Of a stretch of DNA of 64,000 nucleotides, positions 19,542-30,708 are shown piece after piece. The DNA is from a virus. The notes below the pieces were generated by a model. The model was not told the DNA's origin and made no database searches. It was given only the letters and a program-made list of their open reading frames with translations. The stretch lies in the IMG/VR virus record IMGVR_UViG_3300029923_000015, positions 14,732-78,731 of that record; one strand, written 5' to 3'. Numbering within the stretch: the stretch's first letter is position 1; each line of letters begins with the position of its first letter. Position numbers and translations under genes: made by a program.

Positions 19542-22500
19542 TGAGTAGCAAGAACGGAAAGACTACTGTGAATACATTTAGTGGAGGAATCCAACTAGAT
19601 ATTGATAAAAGTCTGTTAAAAGAAAATCAATATAGATACGCGGAAAATGTTCGTATTGTATCAAATGAGGGCGCTACTACTGGCGCCCTAACTAATATAG
19701 AAGGATCTACTATTCTTAGCCTTGGCTCTGATACATTCTCTGTAGATGAAGATATAATTGCCACTACCACAATAAGGGATCTAGGCGTAGTAATAACAGC
19801 GCTGCCATCAAAAAGAACTGGTATGCTTACTTACGATTGGAATGAGCAGCCAGACACTGGCACTATAACAATACCAGCTAAGGCAGAGGAAACAATAGTT
19901 ATAGAAGATTCTAGAACGACCCCAGATCCTGTTAGTCCAAATGCAAATTTACTTTATGTAGAATGGACTGGTATAGGGACAAAGGAACTTAGATGCCAAT
20001 TTCAGGATCTTCTGACTACAACTGTATCATTTAAAGTTACAGTTACGTACACAGATAGTTCCAATGAGGTATTCAATGTATTCTTAGACCAATCTGCTAC
20101 CCCTAGGAGCGTAAATCCTGCGTCCCCATATGTCATAACCACAGTATTAAGGATGGATCTTAAATCGCCTTATATGCAGTATATCTCTGTTAACTCATTC
20201 TTACCAACTCATGATGGTGCAATGTGTGACAATAACGGTGTAGAAGGATATTATCCAGTAGAGACAAGGAGGTACAAAAATGTAACGCAATACTATTTAT
20301 ACGAGACGGATTATTACTCTCCAGACCCTGTAACATATAGAGGCGTAGATATAGTTACTTCTCACAATGTGGTCCATGACGAACAGTTTTACGAGGTAGC
20401 TACTATTATCGGCATATATAATAGCTACGTATCGGGAAGGGTCAATTTAGCGATATCAACCCCATTAACATTAAATTTAAATGCATATTTATATGATGTT
20501 GATATAAATACTATTTCTGGGAGATATAATGGCGCTAACACTCTGCATTTTAATTCCGCAACTATATATTCTTTTGATGGAGAATATATTTCGTCTGTAC
20601 AATCAAGAAGCGTAGAGATACAAGATATTATAAAAAATTCAGATGGGATTCATTCTGATATTATAGCGGCAAATCATCAAATTCCTATATATACACAGCA
20701 AGATATATCTATAGATTGTATAGACAAAAATTACAATAATGTATCAGCTATTGCTACATATTTAACGGATGGCCGTTTAAGTACTAATTTAGTATATAAT
20801 AAATCAGCCATAACATCAAATAAAATATATAGAGTATCATTTCCTGATGATAAATCTCCTGTGTTTAAAAATGTTCTAAATCCAAATGGAGTAAACTTCA
20901 ACACACCATTAAATCCAAACCTAAGTATGGTTGGGAGGTATGAGGATTTTGATAACATAAAATTATATTGGGCCGATGGGGTAAACTTTATTAGATGCGT
21001 AAATATAGCGAGTACTAATGATTTAAATAATTCAGTATTAACAGACTCATCTATATTTGATTTAATCCCATCTTCAAAACTAGTTAGCCCATCTATAGTT
21101 TCTATAGGGAGTGGAAGATTGGACGCGGGATTAATACAGTACTGTTATCAACTATACAGCCCATCAGGAGGAGAGACTGAATTAAGCCCAATGAGTCCTG
21201 TAGTACACTTGACTAATAGCGAGGTACTGGACTACAGTGTAAAATATATGGGGACTGGTATTGGTGACATTCATGGTAAGTCAACAGGCAAATCTGTCAA
21301 GGTTGGAATAAAGATACCAGATAACAATAAATTTATCAGAGCAAAATTAATATCTGTTTATTACTTTAATTACTCCGACGTCCCTGTTATCTCCGTGGTA
21401 AAGGAATTAGATATAAAATCAGAACAAGACAATGGATATATATATCTTGAAGATGGTGGGGTTGGAGCGGTAGGCGAATTAACTCAATCTGAATTTAATT
21501 TGATTGGCGGTAATTTATTTATACCAAACTATATAGAAAGCAAGGACAATATATTGTTTGCAGCTAATACGAAGGAAGACACCTGGGACTTATCAACTGA
21601 AGAGTACGATACTAGGTCTTATCAATTTAAGGATGAGTTTACAGGAGTCACTATTCCAGCAAATCCAAAATTGGTTACCCTCAGAACGGTAGTTATGAAG
21701 GGAAGCGCTACAATAGAAGTCAACATAGTTGATGACTATACTACTGTAAGCTCAGCTGTATCTATTGGAGATATACTAAAAGAAATAAATGGGGTCCCTA
21801 TTGCTAGAGAGATAAAAGTAATATCTATATCTGACGATAAGAATTGGATTGGATTTGACTCTTCCGAGATAGGCCTAACATATGTTAATGGCTGTAGTAT
21901 AGTGATATCAGAGCCATATACAGTTGAGATTCAGAAAAAGGCCAAATTAAGTATGGCCTCTGGCGAGTCAAGCAGTTACTCTTTGTCTCAATTGCAATCT
22001 ATACTTCCAACACACGACTGTATACATGACGAGATATACAAAGAAGATAGATATGCTGATTTACAGTATAGGTATGATAAAGATGGCAACCTTGGTGGAA
22101 GCGGGCTTAATGTAGATTATAAGTTTACAAATGCATTCTTTATTGAATCATATGGGGACTATTATGGCAAAAGGGTTAATTCTACTTCTGGAGATACTTA
22201 TTCAGAATCATGGGTTACAGACGCAGATAAATACATAGATCAGAGGACTGCTAGAATAGGAGATAAGAAAAGAAATATCTCAAGTATAAAACTACAGGAT
22301 AGTGATGGAACTATATATGACGCTCCATTATCTAATTTCGGATTGCCGGTACATGATGGGTTTCTAAATTACGCAAATCCATATCTGTCAAACAATTTCA
22401 CTTCGTATCAAAGAGATGAAATATATAGATTTGGGGCCATTTTTAGGGATACAAAAGGGAGAAAGACGCCAGTAAAATGGATAGCAGACATAAGATTCCC

Positions 22501-25237
22501 TGCTGGGTATGTCGAGAATAGTAAATGGGCTCCAAATATATTTGAGGTCCCAGAGGAGACGTATAATTTACCATATGTAGGTACTGAATTAGAATTTCAA
22601 GAATTGATAGTTAAACCCCTTGGACTAAAATTTAATTTCAGAAATTTACCGAAATCAGTAGTAAGTGTTGAGATAGTAAGAGCAAAAAGAGATATAAATA
22701 ATAAGACTATATACGCCCAAGGGATTATACAAAAAACTGGGACTCAATATCCATCATACCAGCAAGATCATTTAAATGATACTGGGTATATAATAGACGA
22801 GGGAATAACTAATACTCTAAGGCCTCACCCAATAGTATCTATGGGATATGCTACGTCAATATGTGGGATAGTCAGAAATCAAAATGGGAATATACCTCAT
22901 TCTATAAATATAGAGAATGAAGGTTCTTTTTGGTATGATTTTAATGATTATACTGGTAACACGTTTTCTCAAGATAATTCCCAAGTAAGAACTACTGCTA
23001 GATACACCGACCATGCTCTTTCTCCATATTTTTATTATAAGAACAGTGTTCTATTTGTAAATCCAGAGACTTCGTACTATGGAGTTGATTTTACAGAGCA
23101 GTTAAGGAATATTGCAGATTCAATTAAAATGGATATTGTTGATATTGCATATCCAATATCTACTCCCCCATTAACAGCAATGGCCCCTAATGTAAAGGGT
23201 CGATATTATATTGGTGGACTAGAGCAAGATAGACTGCAATTTAAAGTAGTAGGAGACTCTGCAAATAGATGGTATCCTACTGCAATGTATTTTGCGGCAG
23301 ATTTGAATAAGAAAATAAGGTCATCGTTCCCAATTCCATCTACTACCGCTCCAATATTTACAATAGGATTAGTTGGAGCCGATTACAGAAGAATAGCAAG
23401 TGAGACCACTGGATATACTAGTTATAATCATATGTGGAATGCTATAAATGCATCACCAGTATCTGATATTACTATACAAAGCAGTTGGAATGCTTTAGAA
23501 AAAGGAGATAGGGCTTATATATCACTCGGGGGGCTATTAGCATATGCTGGAGATAATAAATATATATATAAAAATGGTTATGTATATGATGTTGCTAGTG
23601 CAACTACTGATGATCCATTTATATTGGTGGACGCAGCAAGTACTAATGGTGCTTCTGGTGCTACGTTTAAGTATTTTAATAGATATGTGTCCAGATCAAG
23701 CACGATACAAAATAATATAAGTCTTGTTTTTCAAAAGACTTCTAATTTAGAGGATGCCACTGTTTACACTTTTGCCGGATTAGACGTACCAAAAACAAAT
23801 CCATATAGTAGTAGCACCGTAGAGAGCTTCTCATTAATAAGAAAGGTGTCATCGTTTGAGTACTCTGGTTCCATAAATCCAGGACTTCCTATAGAGAAAG
23901 TCTCTGGATCAGACTATGTTACCGCTGGCAGTATACAGTATTTAAATTGGTCTAAGCCATTAACTGGAGGAAATGAAGGTCAAACGAATTCTACTGACAT
24001 AAAGAATATAATATCTGTGCTTACTAAAACTAAAGTTGGCGGTCCACATGGAGCTGGTATAATCTTGTCTTTAGAAGATATGGAACAATTCCCAACAATA
24101 TCAGATGTAAATCAGTCTAAGAAAATATATGACGGAGTAAATGGACTATATTCCGGGTATAAAACTCTTGATAGGATAGGAAGTTCTTCTCTTTCTACAT
24201 ATATTACAAACATGAAAATGATGAATTCATATATATATGGTGGTTCTTCATTATTAGATAGGCAGTTTACTGAATATATATCTACTGGATGTTCATTTGA
24301 CAATATAGATGGTAATGGGACTAGTGTTGTCTTTGGTGGTGATACATTTATAGGTATATTCGATTATACGGCAGTAAAAGCAACAGATCCATATGTAGCA
24401 TATGACTCCTCAACTAAAATAGGCAGAGGGGCTAATATCGCTAGCCAAGTAAGACACATAGGGGCGTTAATTCCATTAGAATCATCTATAAATTTGCATC
24501 TAGTTAATTCTAAATCATACATAGCTGATGGAAATAATTTTGCCATACAAGACGAGCCAGGAGTATATTCTCCAGGAGCTAGTATAGGAAGTAAATGGAA
24601 GCATACTCAGTTGCTCCCTCAGTATAAATATAATTCTGCATATTCTTCAGAAATGACGGCTATTGGCTCTTTATCGAAACTCCTAATCACTCAAAGTAAC
24701 AAAACGTTTGATTGTAGGGTTTGGTCTTCAGAGCCAAAAACAAATGATGAATTATATGATAATTGGTCTAAGTTTAAAGTCGCCAACTATATAGATGTTG
24801 ATACTAAGTACGGGGAAATTACTGGTTTAAAAGCATTTAGAGATAAGTTATTGTTTTGGCAAAGAGATTCTTTTGGCGTTTTATCTGTTAATGAGAGGTC
24901 ATTAATAAAAGATAATAATATAAGTTTACTTACTCTTGGAACTGGTGGGATACTATCAAGATTTGATTATATATCTACATCTAATGGAATGAAGAAAGGA
25001 ATGATAGGTGGAGTAACAGAATCTGAATCTAATCTATATTGGTTCGACCTAAATAATCTTGAATTATGTACGTTTGGCGGATCGCTATCGGTACTATCTA
25101 AAGCAAAAGGTATACAGACTATATTAAATATGAATAGAGAGAATATTACAGATAAGATACCAATGGTCTTCGATAAAAAATATAATGAAGTGATGATAAC
25201 TTTAGATGGACTTCAGGGAGTCGACAATATAAGATAA
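19541..25237 (+). CDS. Tail stabilisation / muzzle protein (P22 gp10-like), main part, with large insertions
   Basis: 1898 aa with NTFSGG...YRYAENVR, YWADG, YQRDEIYRFG, FGGDTFI and WSKFKVANYIDVD motifs. Confidence 0.8.
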   Translation: MSSKNGKTTVNTFSGGIQLDIDKSLLKENQYRYAENVRIVSNEGATTGALTNIEGSTILSLGSDTFSVDEDIIATTTIRDLGVVITALPSKRTGMLTYDWNEQPDTGTITIPAKAEETIVIEDSRTTPDPVSPNANLLYVEWTGIGTKELRCQFQDLLTTTVSFKVTVTYTDSSNEVFNVFLDQSATPRSVNPASPYVITTVLRMDLKSPYMQYISVNSFLPTHDGAMCDNNGVEGYYPVETRRYKNVTQYYLYETDYYSPDPVTYRGVDIVTSHNVVHDEQFYEVATIIGIYNSYVSGRVNLAISTPLTLNLNAYLYDVDINTISGRYNGANTLHFNSATIYSFDGEYISSVQSRSVEIQDIIKNSDGIHSDIIAANHQIPIYTQQDISIDCIDKNYNNVSAIATYLTDGRLSTNLVYNKSAITSNKIYRVSFPDDKSPVFKNVLNPNGVNFNTPLNPNLSMVGRYEDFDNIKLYWADGVNFIRCVNIASTNDLNNSVLTDSSIFDLIPSSKLVSPSIVSIGSGRLDAGLIQYCYQLYSPSGGETELSPMSPVVHLTNSEVLDYSVKYMGTGIGDIHGKSTGKSVKVGIKIPDNNKFIRAKLISVYYFNYSDVPVISVVKELDIKSEQDNGYIYLEDGGVGAVGELTQSEFNLIGGNLFIPNYIESKDNILFAANTKEDTWDLSTEEYDTRSYQFKDEFTGVTIPANPKLVTLRTVVMKGSATIEVNIVDDYTTVSSAVSIGDILKEINGVPIAREIKVISISDDKNWIGFDSSEIGLTYVNGCSIVISEPYTVEIQKKAKLSMASGESSSYSLSQLQSILPTHDCIHDEIYKEDRYADLQYRYDKDGNLGGSGLNVDYKFTNAFFIESYGDYYGKRVNSTSGDTYSESWVTDADKYIDQRTARIGDKKRNISSIKLQDSDGTIYDAPLSNFGLPVHDGFLNYANPYLSNNFTSYQRDEIYRFGAIFRDTKGRKTPVKWIADIRFPAGYVENSKWAPNIFEVPEETYNLPYVGTELEFQELIVKPLGLKFNFRNLPKSVVSVEIVRAKRDINNKTIYAQGIIQKTGTQYPSYQQDHLNDTGYIIDEGITNTLRPHPIVSMGYATSICGIVRNQNGNIPHSINIENEGSFWYDFNDYTGNTFSQDNSQVRTTARYTDHALSPYFYYKNSVLFVNPETSYYGVDFTEQLRNIADSIKMDIVDIAYPISTPPLTAMAPNVKGRYYIGGLEQDRLQFKVVGDSANRWYPTAMYFAADLNKKIRSSFPIPSTTAPIFTIGLVGADYRRIASETTGYTSYNHMWNAINASPVSDITIQSSWNALEKGDRAYISLGGLLAYAGDNKYIYKNGYVYDVASATTDDPFILVDAASTNGASGATFKYFNRYVSRSSTIQNNISLVFQKTSNLEDATVYTFAGLDVPKTNPYSSSTVESFSLIRKVSSFEYSGSINPGLPIEKVSGSDYVTAGSIQYLNWSKPLTGGNEGQTNSTDIKNIISVLTKTKVGGPHGAGIILSLEDMEQFPTISDVNQSKKIYDGVNGLYSGYKTLDRIGSSSLSTYITNMKMMNSYIYGGSSLLDRQFTEYISTGCSFDNIDGNGTSVVFGGDTFIGIFDYTAVKATDPYVAYDSSTKIGRGANIASQVRHIGALIPLESSINLHLVNSKSYIADGNNFAIQDEPGVYSPGASIGSKWKHTQLLPQYKYNSAYSSEMTAIGSLSKLLITQSNKTFDCRVWSSEPKTNDELYDNWSKFKVANYIDVDTKYGEITGLKAFRDKLLFWQRDSFGVLSVNERSLIKDNNISLLTLGTGGILSRFDYISTSNGMKKGMIGGVTESESNLYWFDLNNLELCTFGGSLSVLSKAKGIQTILNMNRENITDKIPMVFDKKYNEVMITLDGLQGVDNIR

Positions 25238-26298
25238 TGCTGAATACTATAAACTACTCTGAGATGACTCAAGCATTTTGCTCTTTCATCTCTATGAACC
25301 CAAAATGGTACTTTGATTTTAAAAACAAGTACTATTCATTTGACTCTTTTGGGAACTTGGAGTTGCACAACTCAAATGACAAATATAATATTGCTGGCAC
25401 TTCTCAAGTTCCATATAGGTCATTTATAAGACTTATTATAAATGACCTATATCACTATACCAAGGTTTTTGATAACGTATCATATAGTGGAGATAATTTA
25501 GATTTTATGACGAATTTGCATAAATTCTATACAACGACACAGACAAGTTCGGAGATAAACTCGTTACTTATAGATAAAAGAGAGGATACATATAAATTTG
25601 CTATTCCAAGGAATACAAAGAGTGGGGAGTATGTTAAAATATTAGTCCCATCAACAACAGTATATACTATCGGTCAGGCTTTTCAAGGTGGAAAGATCGG
25701 ATACATACTACAACAAGGAGACTCTGGGTATGTATCTACTGAAAAAAGGTTAATAATAGTAGCAACGTCCGATCAAGCTATAGATACATCTTGGGGTCCA
25801 AATACAGTAGGTATAGGAACCACTAGCTCTGATATATACTCTGGGACAGACAATACAAATGAAATAATATCAAAAATACATAGTTATGGGGTTGCAGCTA
25901 ATGCATGCAAAAACTATAATAGTGGAGGCTTCACTGATTGGTGTCTACCTAGCAGTGGTGATTTAAACTCTATAATGAGCAATGCAACCGTGCTAGGAAT
26001 GGATAATGGATTAACATATCTTAGTTCTACCGAGGTGACTGATAGTAATTCAAATATATATACCTCTAGTGGATACACAACGAAAGAAGACTCTTCTGGC
26101 ATATACACAAGGGCTGTAAGATACTTTATAGACAAAGGAACTACTATTAATGGGTCGGAGATAGATATTGCGCCAGGAGCCTTCGCAGACAGAATGAGAG
26201 GCAAGTATCTAGTCTCAGATTACTCATTTCAAAATAATAATGGTATAATGTTTACCTTACCATCAATAGAAACAACATATAGATATTCAATGATATAA
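25237..26298 (+). CDS. Separate C-terminal module of the muzzle protein with an inserted DUF1566/Lcl-like domain
   Basis: YSE...KVFDN...KREDTYKFAIPR...DRMRGKYL...YRYS matches the usual muzzle C-terminus. The internal IGQAFQGGKIGY...GGFTDWCLPS...YLSSTE...RAVRYF segment is DUF1566-like. Confidence 0.7.
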   Translation: MLNTINYSEMTQAFCSFISMNPKWYFDFKNKYYSFDSFGNLELHNSNDKYNIAGTSQVPYRSFIRLIINDLYHYTKVFDNVSYSGDNLDFMTNLHKFYTTTQTSSEINSLLIDKREDTYKFAIPRNTKSGEYVKILVPSTTVYTIGQAFQGGKIGYILQQGDSGYVSTEKRLIIVATSDQAIDTSWGPNTVGIGTTSSDIYSGTDNTNEIISKIHSYGVAANACKNYNSGGFTDWCLPSSGDLNSIMSNATVLGMDNGLTYLSSTEVTDSNSNIYTSSGYTTKEDSSGIYTRAVRYFIDKGTTINGSEIDIAPGAFADRMRGKYLVSDYSFQNNNGIMFTLPSIETTYRYSMI

Positions 26299-26299
26299 T

Positions 26300-28813
26300 A
26301 TGAAGCAAAAAATAAAAGTGAAGCCATTGTTTGCTTCTAAAAAGAAATTGCCAAGATATGGTGAAGGAGGCGTTAGTACAATAGATCCATTAGCCGCCTA
26401 CCGTACTTCGATCAAACCACAAATTGGACCCGTTAACCCAACAAATACAAATGCGTTAATGACTGGTACTGCCGGTTCAGTACCGTCTACTGCGTCCGCT
26501 CCAGTAGATGTTTCCGGAATAGGGAATATTGCGTCTGGAGTAGGATCCATGATGATGACAGATGATGCTAGCAGTTCGCTTAATTACGCTGGAGATATGA
26601 TAGGAAATGCCGGTAAAGGGGCTTCTATGGGCGCAGCGTTAGGTCCATGGGGGGCTGCTGCTGGGGCTGCAATTGGTGGAATATATGGAGCTTTTGATGC
26701 TGCTAATGCAGAGAAAATGCAAAATAGAGCTAAAGAAAAAGAGCAGATAAATACTAATCTTGCATCAAATAACTCAATGTCTGGGTCTGTTAATTCTAAT
26801 TACAATTTAAGGAATTCATATAATGATAGGGTTCCTGGATTAAACAAAGGGGTTGCTAAATTTAAATCTGGAATTTCTAATACAAATCAGCCTAATGCTA
26901 TGATAGCTCCAGAAGAGGGGGTTATGGATGGTGACACTGGAAGGCTATCAATAGTCCCCGGGAAATATAACACATCTAATCCAGATACTGTACCGGCCAA
27001 CCTAACTAATGGCAGTTCTGTATTTTCAAACAAACAATCACAAGTACTTCCAGGTGGAAAAAGTACACCGGCTGACATTATGGCAAAGGCAGAAAAGATG
27101 CAAAAAATAAATGATAAGATATTAACTCCAAAAGAGGGAGAAAGAAAGCTCAGTAGAATAGACCAACTAACAGCAAAATTAAATCAAAGGAATATCCAGT
27201 TACAGGCTGAGAATTTGAATAAATTTAATATGCTATCTAATCCCATGCAGCAGCAATCAAATGTACTTCCAGGATATGCAAGAGGGACTGCTAGTTCTGG
27301 GGATAGGGAGATAGAGAATGAAATACCAGCCACAGTCTTAAGACAGAGTTTTACTAAGCCGAGCAGAAGTACAAGGCCAAATGGGACTAGGATAAATATA
27401 AGTCCAGCAGATTATTACGCACTTCCAGAAGACCAGAAAAAGCAATATAGGATCGACGAGGAAGCTGTTCCATACTCAGAGAAAGGTAATACTCCTGGTA
27501 TATATAATTATGATATAAGAGTAAATAAAGATGTTCCTGCAGAAGCCAAGCCTCAATCAACTCTAACTACTAATAATATAAATACGATAGCTGATCCTAC
27601 TAATAACGTCATTAATAACGTCTCTAACCCAAATACTTTCTCTACGAATATAACTGTCCCAAAAGGAGGAACAATGGCTCATGAGGCCTTAAAAGCTGTC
27701 CAAAAAGCTCATCCAGAGTTAAACGTTAAAGTTATTCCAAAAGATATAGCACTCGGTATTCAAACTCAAAATAATCAGCAGAAAGGTCAATTATACAAAC
27801 CTGGCTCATATAACGCTAACTTAGATTTGGGCCAATGGGCTGCTGCAAATAAACCTCAATCGAACTTTCAACCACAACCAGTTTCTGGAAGCAATTGGAA
27901 CACTAATATCCAAAACAATAGGTCATTAGATAGAATAGGAGGGCAGAATGATTATACGTCTACATATGTTCCAGAAAACGATATGAGGTTGGATAATCCA
28001 GAAATAGCAAAAATACAAGCTCCGTTAACAAATCAAAATTCAACTAATACGTCTGGGTCATATAGATTTAATACTCCTATGACCCAACCATTTATAACTA
28101 CTCCTAATATTGGAGATGTGAAAATGGGAACAAATTATAACTCACAGGCGAGTCAGCCTACTAACCCAGAAACTCAGGTAGAACAACCTAGGTCTCCGGT
28201 AAATTCACCAGCACAAGATCAACCCTCCGCTAACTTTGGGGGAATTAATAAACTTGGGAACAGTTTGATGTCATTAGCTCCTATAGCATACAATTCTTGG
28301 AACTCGGAACCAGAAGTCGCAACTCCAATATATCAAAACTATACTAACCCCAACCAAAGATATAACATAGCTCCAGAATTAGCCGAAGCAACAAAGCAAA
28401 GGCAAATATCTAGATATGGAAATGCATCTACAAATACAGGAACTGGTGCTAATATGGCGTATGGTGCTGATGCCTATTCAAGAGGCAATGATCAGGTATC
28501 TGAACTAATGGGTAAGGCTCAAACCGTTAATGCTGGATATAGGAATGATTATGTAAATAGATATAATCAAATAGCTGGAATGGATGCTTCTGAAAATAGA
28601 AGGATATATGATTTGAATGCAAGGAACAGAGCTGCATCTAGAACATTTGGAGCTAAAAATGCAGAGATGTTAAGTCAGTATGGGCAAACTCAACAATTAA
28701 TGAACAACCAACTGAACTCTGATAGATTAAACACATATGTTTACAGTCTATATAATACGGCAATGACTAAAGATCAAAGAGCAGAAGTTAATAGAAGATT
28801 AAATCAAAGATAA
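26300..28813 (+). CDS. Cargo (ejection) protein with glycine-zipper TM segment
   Basis: 837 aa with GASMGAALGPWGAAAGAAIGGIYGA and N/Q/P-rich low-complexity stretches, upstream of the vRNAP. Confidence 0.65.
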   Translation: MKQKIKVKPLFASKKKLPRYGEGGVSTIDPLAAYRTSIKPQIGPVNPTNTNALMTGTAGSVPSTASAPVDVSGIGNIASGVGSMMMTDDASSSLNYAGDMIGNAGKGASMGAALGPWGAAAGAAIGGIYGAFDAANAEKMQNRAKEKEQINTNLASNNSMSGSVNSNYNLRNSYNDRVPGLNKGVAKFKSGISNTNQPNAMIAPEEGVMDGDTGRLSIVPGKYNTSNPDTVPANLTNGSSVFSNKQSQVLPGGKSTPADIMAKAEKMQKINDKILTPKEGERKLSRIDQLTAKLNQRNIQLQAENLNKFNMLSNPMQQQSNVLPGYARGTASSGDREIENEIPATVLRQSFTKPSRSTRPNGTRINISPADYYALPEDQKKQYRIDEEAVPYSEKGNTPGIYNYDIRVNKDVPAEAKPQSTLTTNNINTIADPTNNVINNVSNPNTFSTNITVPKGGTMAHEALKAVQKAHPELNVKVIPKDIALGIQTQNNQQKGQLYKPGSYNANLDLGQWAAANKPQSNFQPQPVSGSNWNTNIQNNRSLDRIGGQNDYTSTYVPENDMRLDNPEIAKIQAPLTNQNSTNTSGSYRFNTPMTQPFITTPNIGDVKMGTNYNSQASQPTNPETQVEQPRSPVNSPAQDQPSANFGGINKLGNSLMSLAPIAYNSWNSEPEVATPIYQNYTNPNQRYNIAPELAEATKQRQISRYGNASTNTGTGANMAYGADAYSRGNDQVSELMGKAQTVNAGYRNDYVNRYNQIAGMDASENRRIYDLNARNRAASRTFGAKNAEMLSQYGQTQQLMNNQLNSDRLNTYVYSLYNTAMTKDQRAEVNRRLNQR

Positions 28814-30705
28814 TGGTAAATTTATACGATAGTCCTGCACAGGCTCAATTCATTAATACATACGTGCCAATTCAATTTGAAGGGTTATATAAAGTGGCAG
28901 ATAAAGCTCAGAAAAATCTGGACGAAGCAACCGCAATGGAAGATGATGCCATTACTAATTACTCTACATTAAACACCCCAATAGCGTCTCATAGAAAAGC
29001 TTGGGACACTAACGTATACGGTTCGTTTAGGGATTTAGTAAATAATACTCTTACTGACCCAGAAGCTTTAAAAGATCCAGTGAATCAGGCAAAATTAAAA
29101 TCAGCTGTTAGAAAAATGAAATCTAACCCATTGGCTGCCAATTTGCTTATAAGCGCTCAGAATGCGAAAGCGTACATAAAAGCATCTGATCCTAGGTGGG
29201 GCGATTATGAGATAAATAAAGCAAAAAACTTTGACCCAAATGGAACTGGCCAATTGTTTGAGGGATCTAATCAACAATATAAATCTGATGAAGAAATCTT
29301 CGAACCATTATTCAAGGATCTACATCCAGGAGGAACTGACTTAGGCCAAACTAAGGGCGGTGCATATGATTTAAAGGGATGGGATAAAACCCATACTGAT
29401 CAAAAGTTAGTACCAGCTATTGGCGAGTTGAGGCAACAAGAGGGAGTTCAATCTAGGATTGATCAGATGAGACAAGAGAATACAATTCCGGATAGATACT
29501 ATACTACTGATAAAAATACTGGAGTAAAGAGTTTAGATGAGAATGCGTTAATCTATGATATGGGTAGAAATATTGCAGTTAGGCATGAATGGGTCAATAA
29601 GACTCCAAATGAATTCTACCTAAAAAGGTATGAAGAATCATTGAGACCTAAACCCGTTGCAAAACAAGAAGGATACACTCCGAATCTAAATGATATTGAA
29701 CAATATTCGATGTCTAACCAAGTGGCAGGAGCTCTAGAGGATAATGCATATATGAAGCTTATATCTAATAGAATTTTACCTGGAGGGAAAATGCAGTCAT
29801 ATATATCTAAAAATTCCCAAGGAGTACCAGTAGTATCAAAAAATAATCCAATGGGGATAGTTGGTAGCGAGTATGCTAGAATTAGACTAAATAGAGATGC
29901 AGTTGGGAGTAGACTTAAGCAGATGGCAGCAATGTTTATAAACAGGCAAGCAACCACTCAAGAAACGAATGAATATGATAAAGTGGAAAGAAACTACAAG
30001 CACTTAAATCAAGAATTTGAACCAGCTAGAAAGGCATTTTTATCTCAAGTTGCAGCGCATAGAACGTTAGCAGAGAATAACGTTATTGACCCTGAGACCA
30101 GAAGACCAATGAAGAGTATATTTACTAAAGATGACTTATATAGTTCGGCAAAAGTACAAAACAGCCCTTTGTTTATAAATAAACAACTTACTGATGCACT
30201 AGGAAATCCTTCGACAGTAAAAACATCAACTAAGGTACAAACTGATTTATATCCAGTTAAGAATTCTGGGCTACTTACATTAATCGATCCTAGAAATGGA
30301 AGACAAATATATACGTCTGATATAAAAGATAATGACGTATCTAAAATGAAAAAATCTATTGAGTCTGGTAAGTTTAGCAACGCGGCATCATTTGAACCTA
30401 CAACTACATCTATGAAGTATTCTGACAGGGTAGATAACATAGGTAGTACTTATATTAGGGCTGGAAAATTTGAATCAGAAATGTATCCTCAGTTAGTAAA
30501 AGATAAAGACGTGAACACATTAGATAAAAAAATAAAAAAGCTTACACAAATGGGGTTATTATCATCTGAAGAAGTAACTGTTGGTACTGGACCAAATGCA
30601 ACTACTGAAACATATTATAGAATACCCACTTCCATAGATTTGGAAAGCCCTATAATCAATCCATATAGTAGAGTTACAAAACAAGATCCAATTAAAGCTA
30701 GATAA
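28813..30705 (+). CDS. Cargo (ejection) protein
   Basis: 630 aa. The N-terminal YDSPAQAQFINTYVPI resembles crAss cargo proteins. TAATG coupling to the previous gene. Confidence 0.65.
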   Translation: MVNLYDSPAQAQFINTYVPIQFEGLYKVADKAQKNLDEATAMEDDAITNYSTLNTPIASHRKAWDTNVYGSFRDLVNNTLTDPEALKDPVNQAKLKSAVRKMKSNPLAANLLISAQNAKAYIKASDPRWGDYEINKAKNFDPNGTGQLFEGSNQQYKSDEEIFEPLFKDLHPGGTDLGQTKGGAYDLKGWDKTHTDQKLVPAIGELRQQEGVQSRIDQMRQENTIPDRYYTTDKNTGVKSLDENALIYDMGRNIAVRHEWVNKTPNEFYLKRYEESLRPKPVAKQEGYTPNLNDIEQYSMSNQVAGALEDNAYMKLISNRILPGGKMQSYISKNSQGVPVVSKNNPMGIVGSEYARIRLNRDAVGSRLKQMAAMFINRQATTQETNEYDKVERNYKHLNQEFEPARKAFLSQVAAHRTLAENNVIDPETRRPMKSIFTKDDLYSSAKVQNSPLFINKQLTDALGNPSTVKTSTKVQTDLYPVKNSGLLTLIDPRNGRQIYTSDIKDNDVSKMKKSIESGKFSNAASFEPTTTSMKYSDRVDNIGSTYIRAGKFESEMYPQLVKDKDVNTLDKKIKKLTQMGLLSSEEVTVGTGPNATTETYYRIPTSIDLESPIINPYSRVTKQDPIKAR

Positions 30706-30708
30706 TAG

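Noticed and set aside
11412-26298. Diversity-generating retroelement acting on the FISUMP/DUF1566 (C-type-lectin-fold) domains
   Set aside because: There is no reverse transcriptase in the window and I found no near-identical TR/VR pair differing only at adenines. The two FISUMP copies differ at all base types. A DGR elsewhere in the genome is not excluded.
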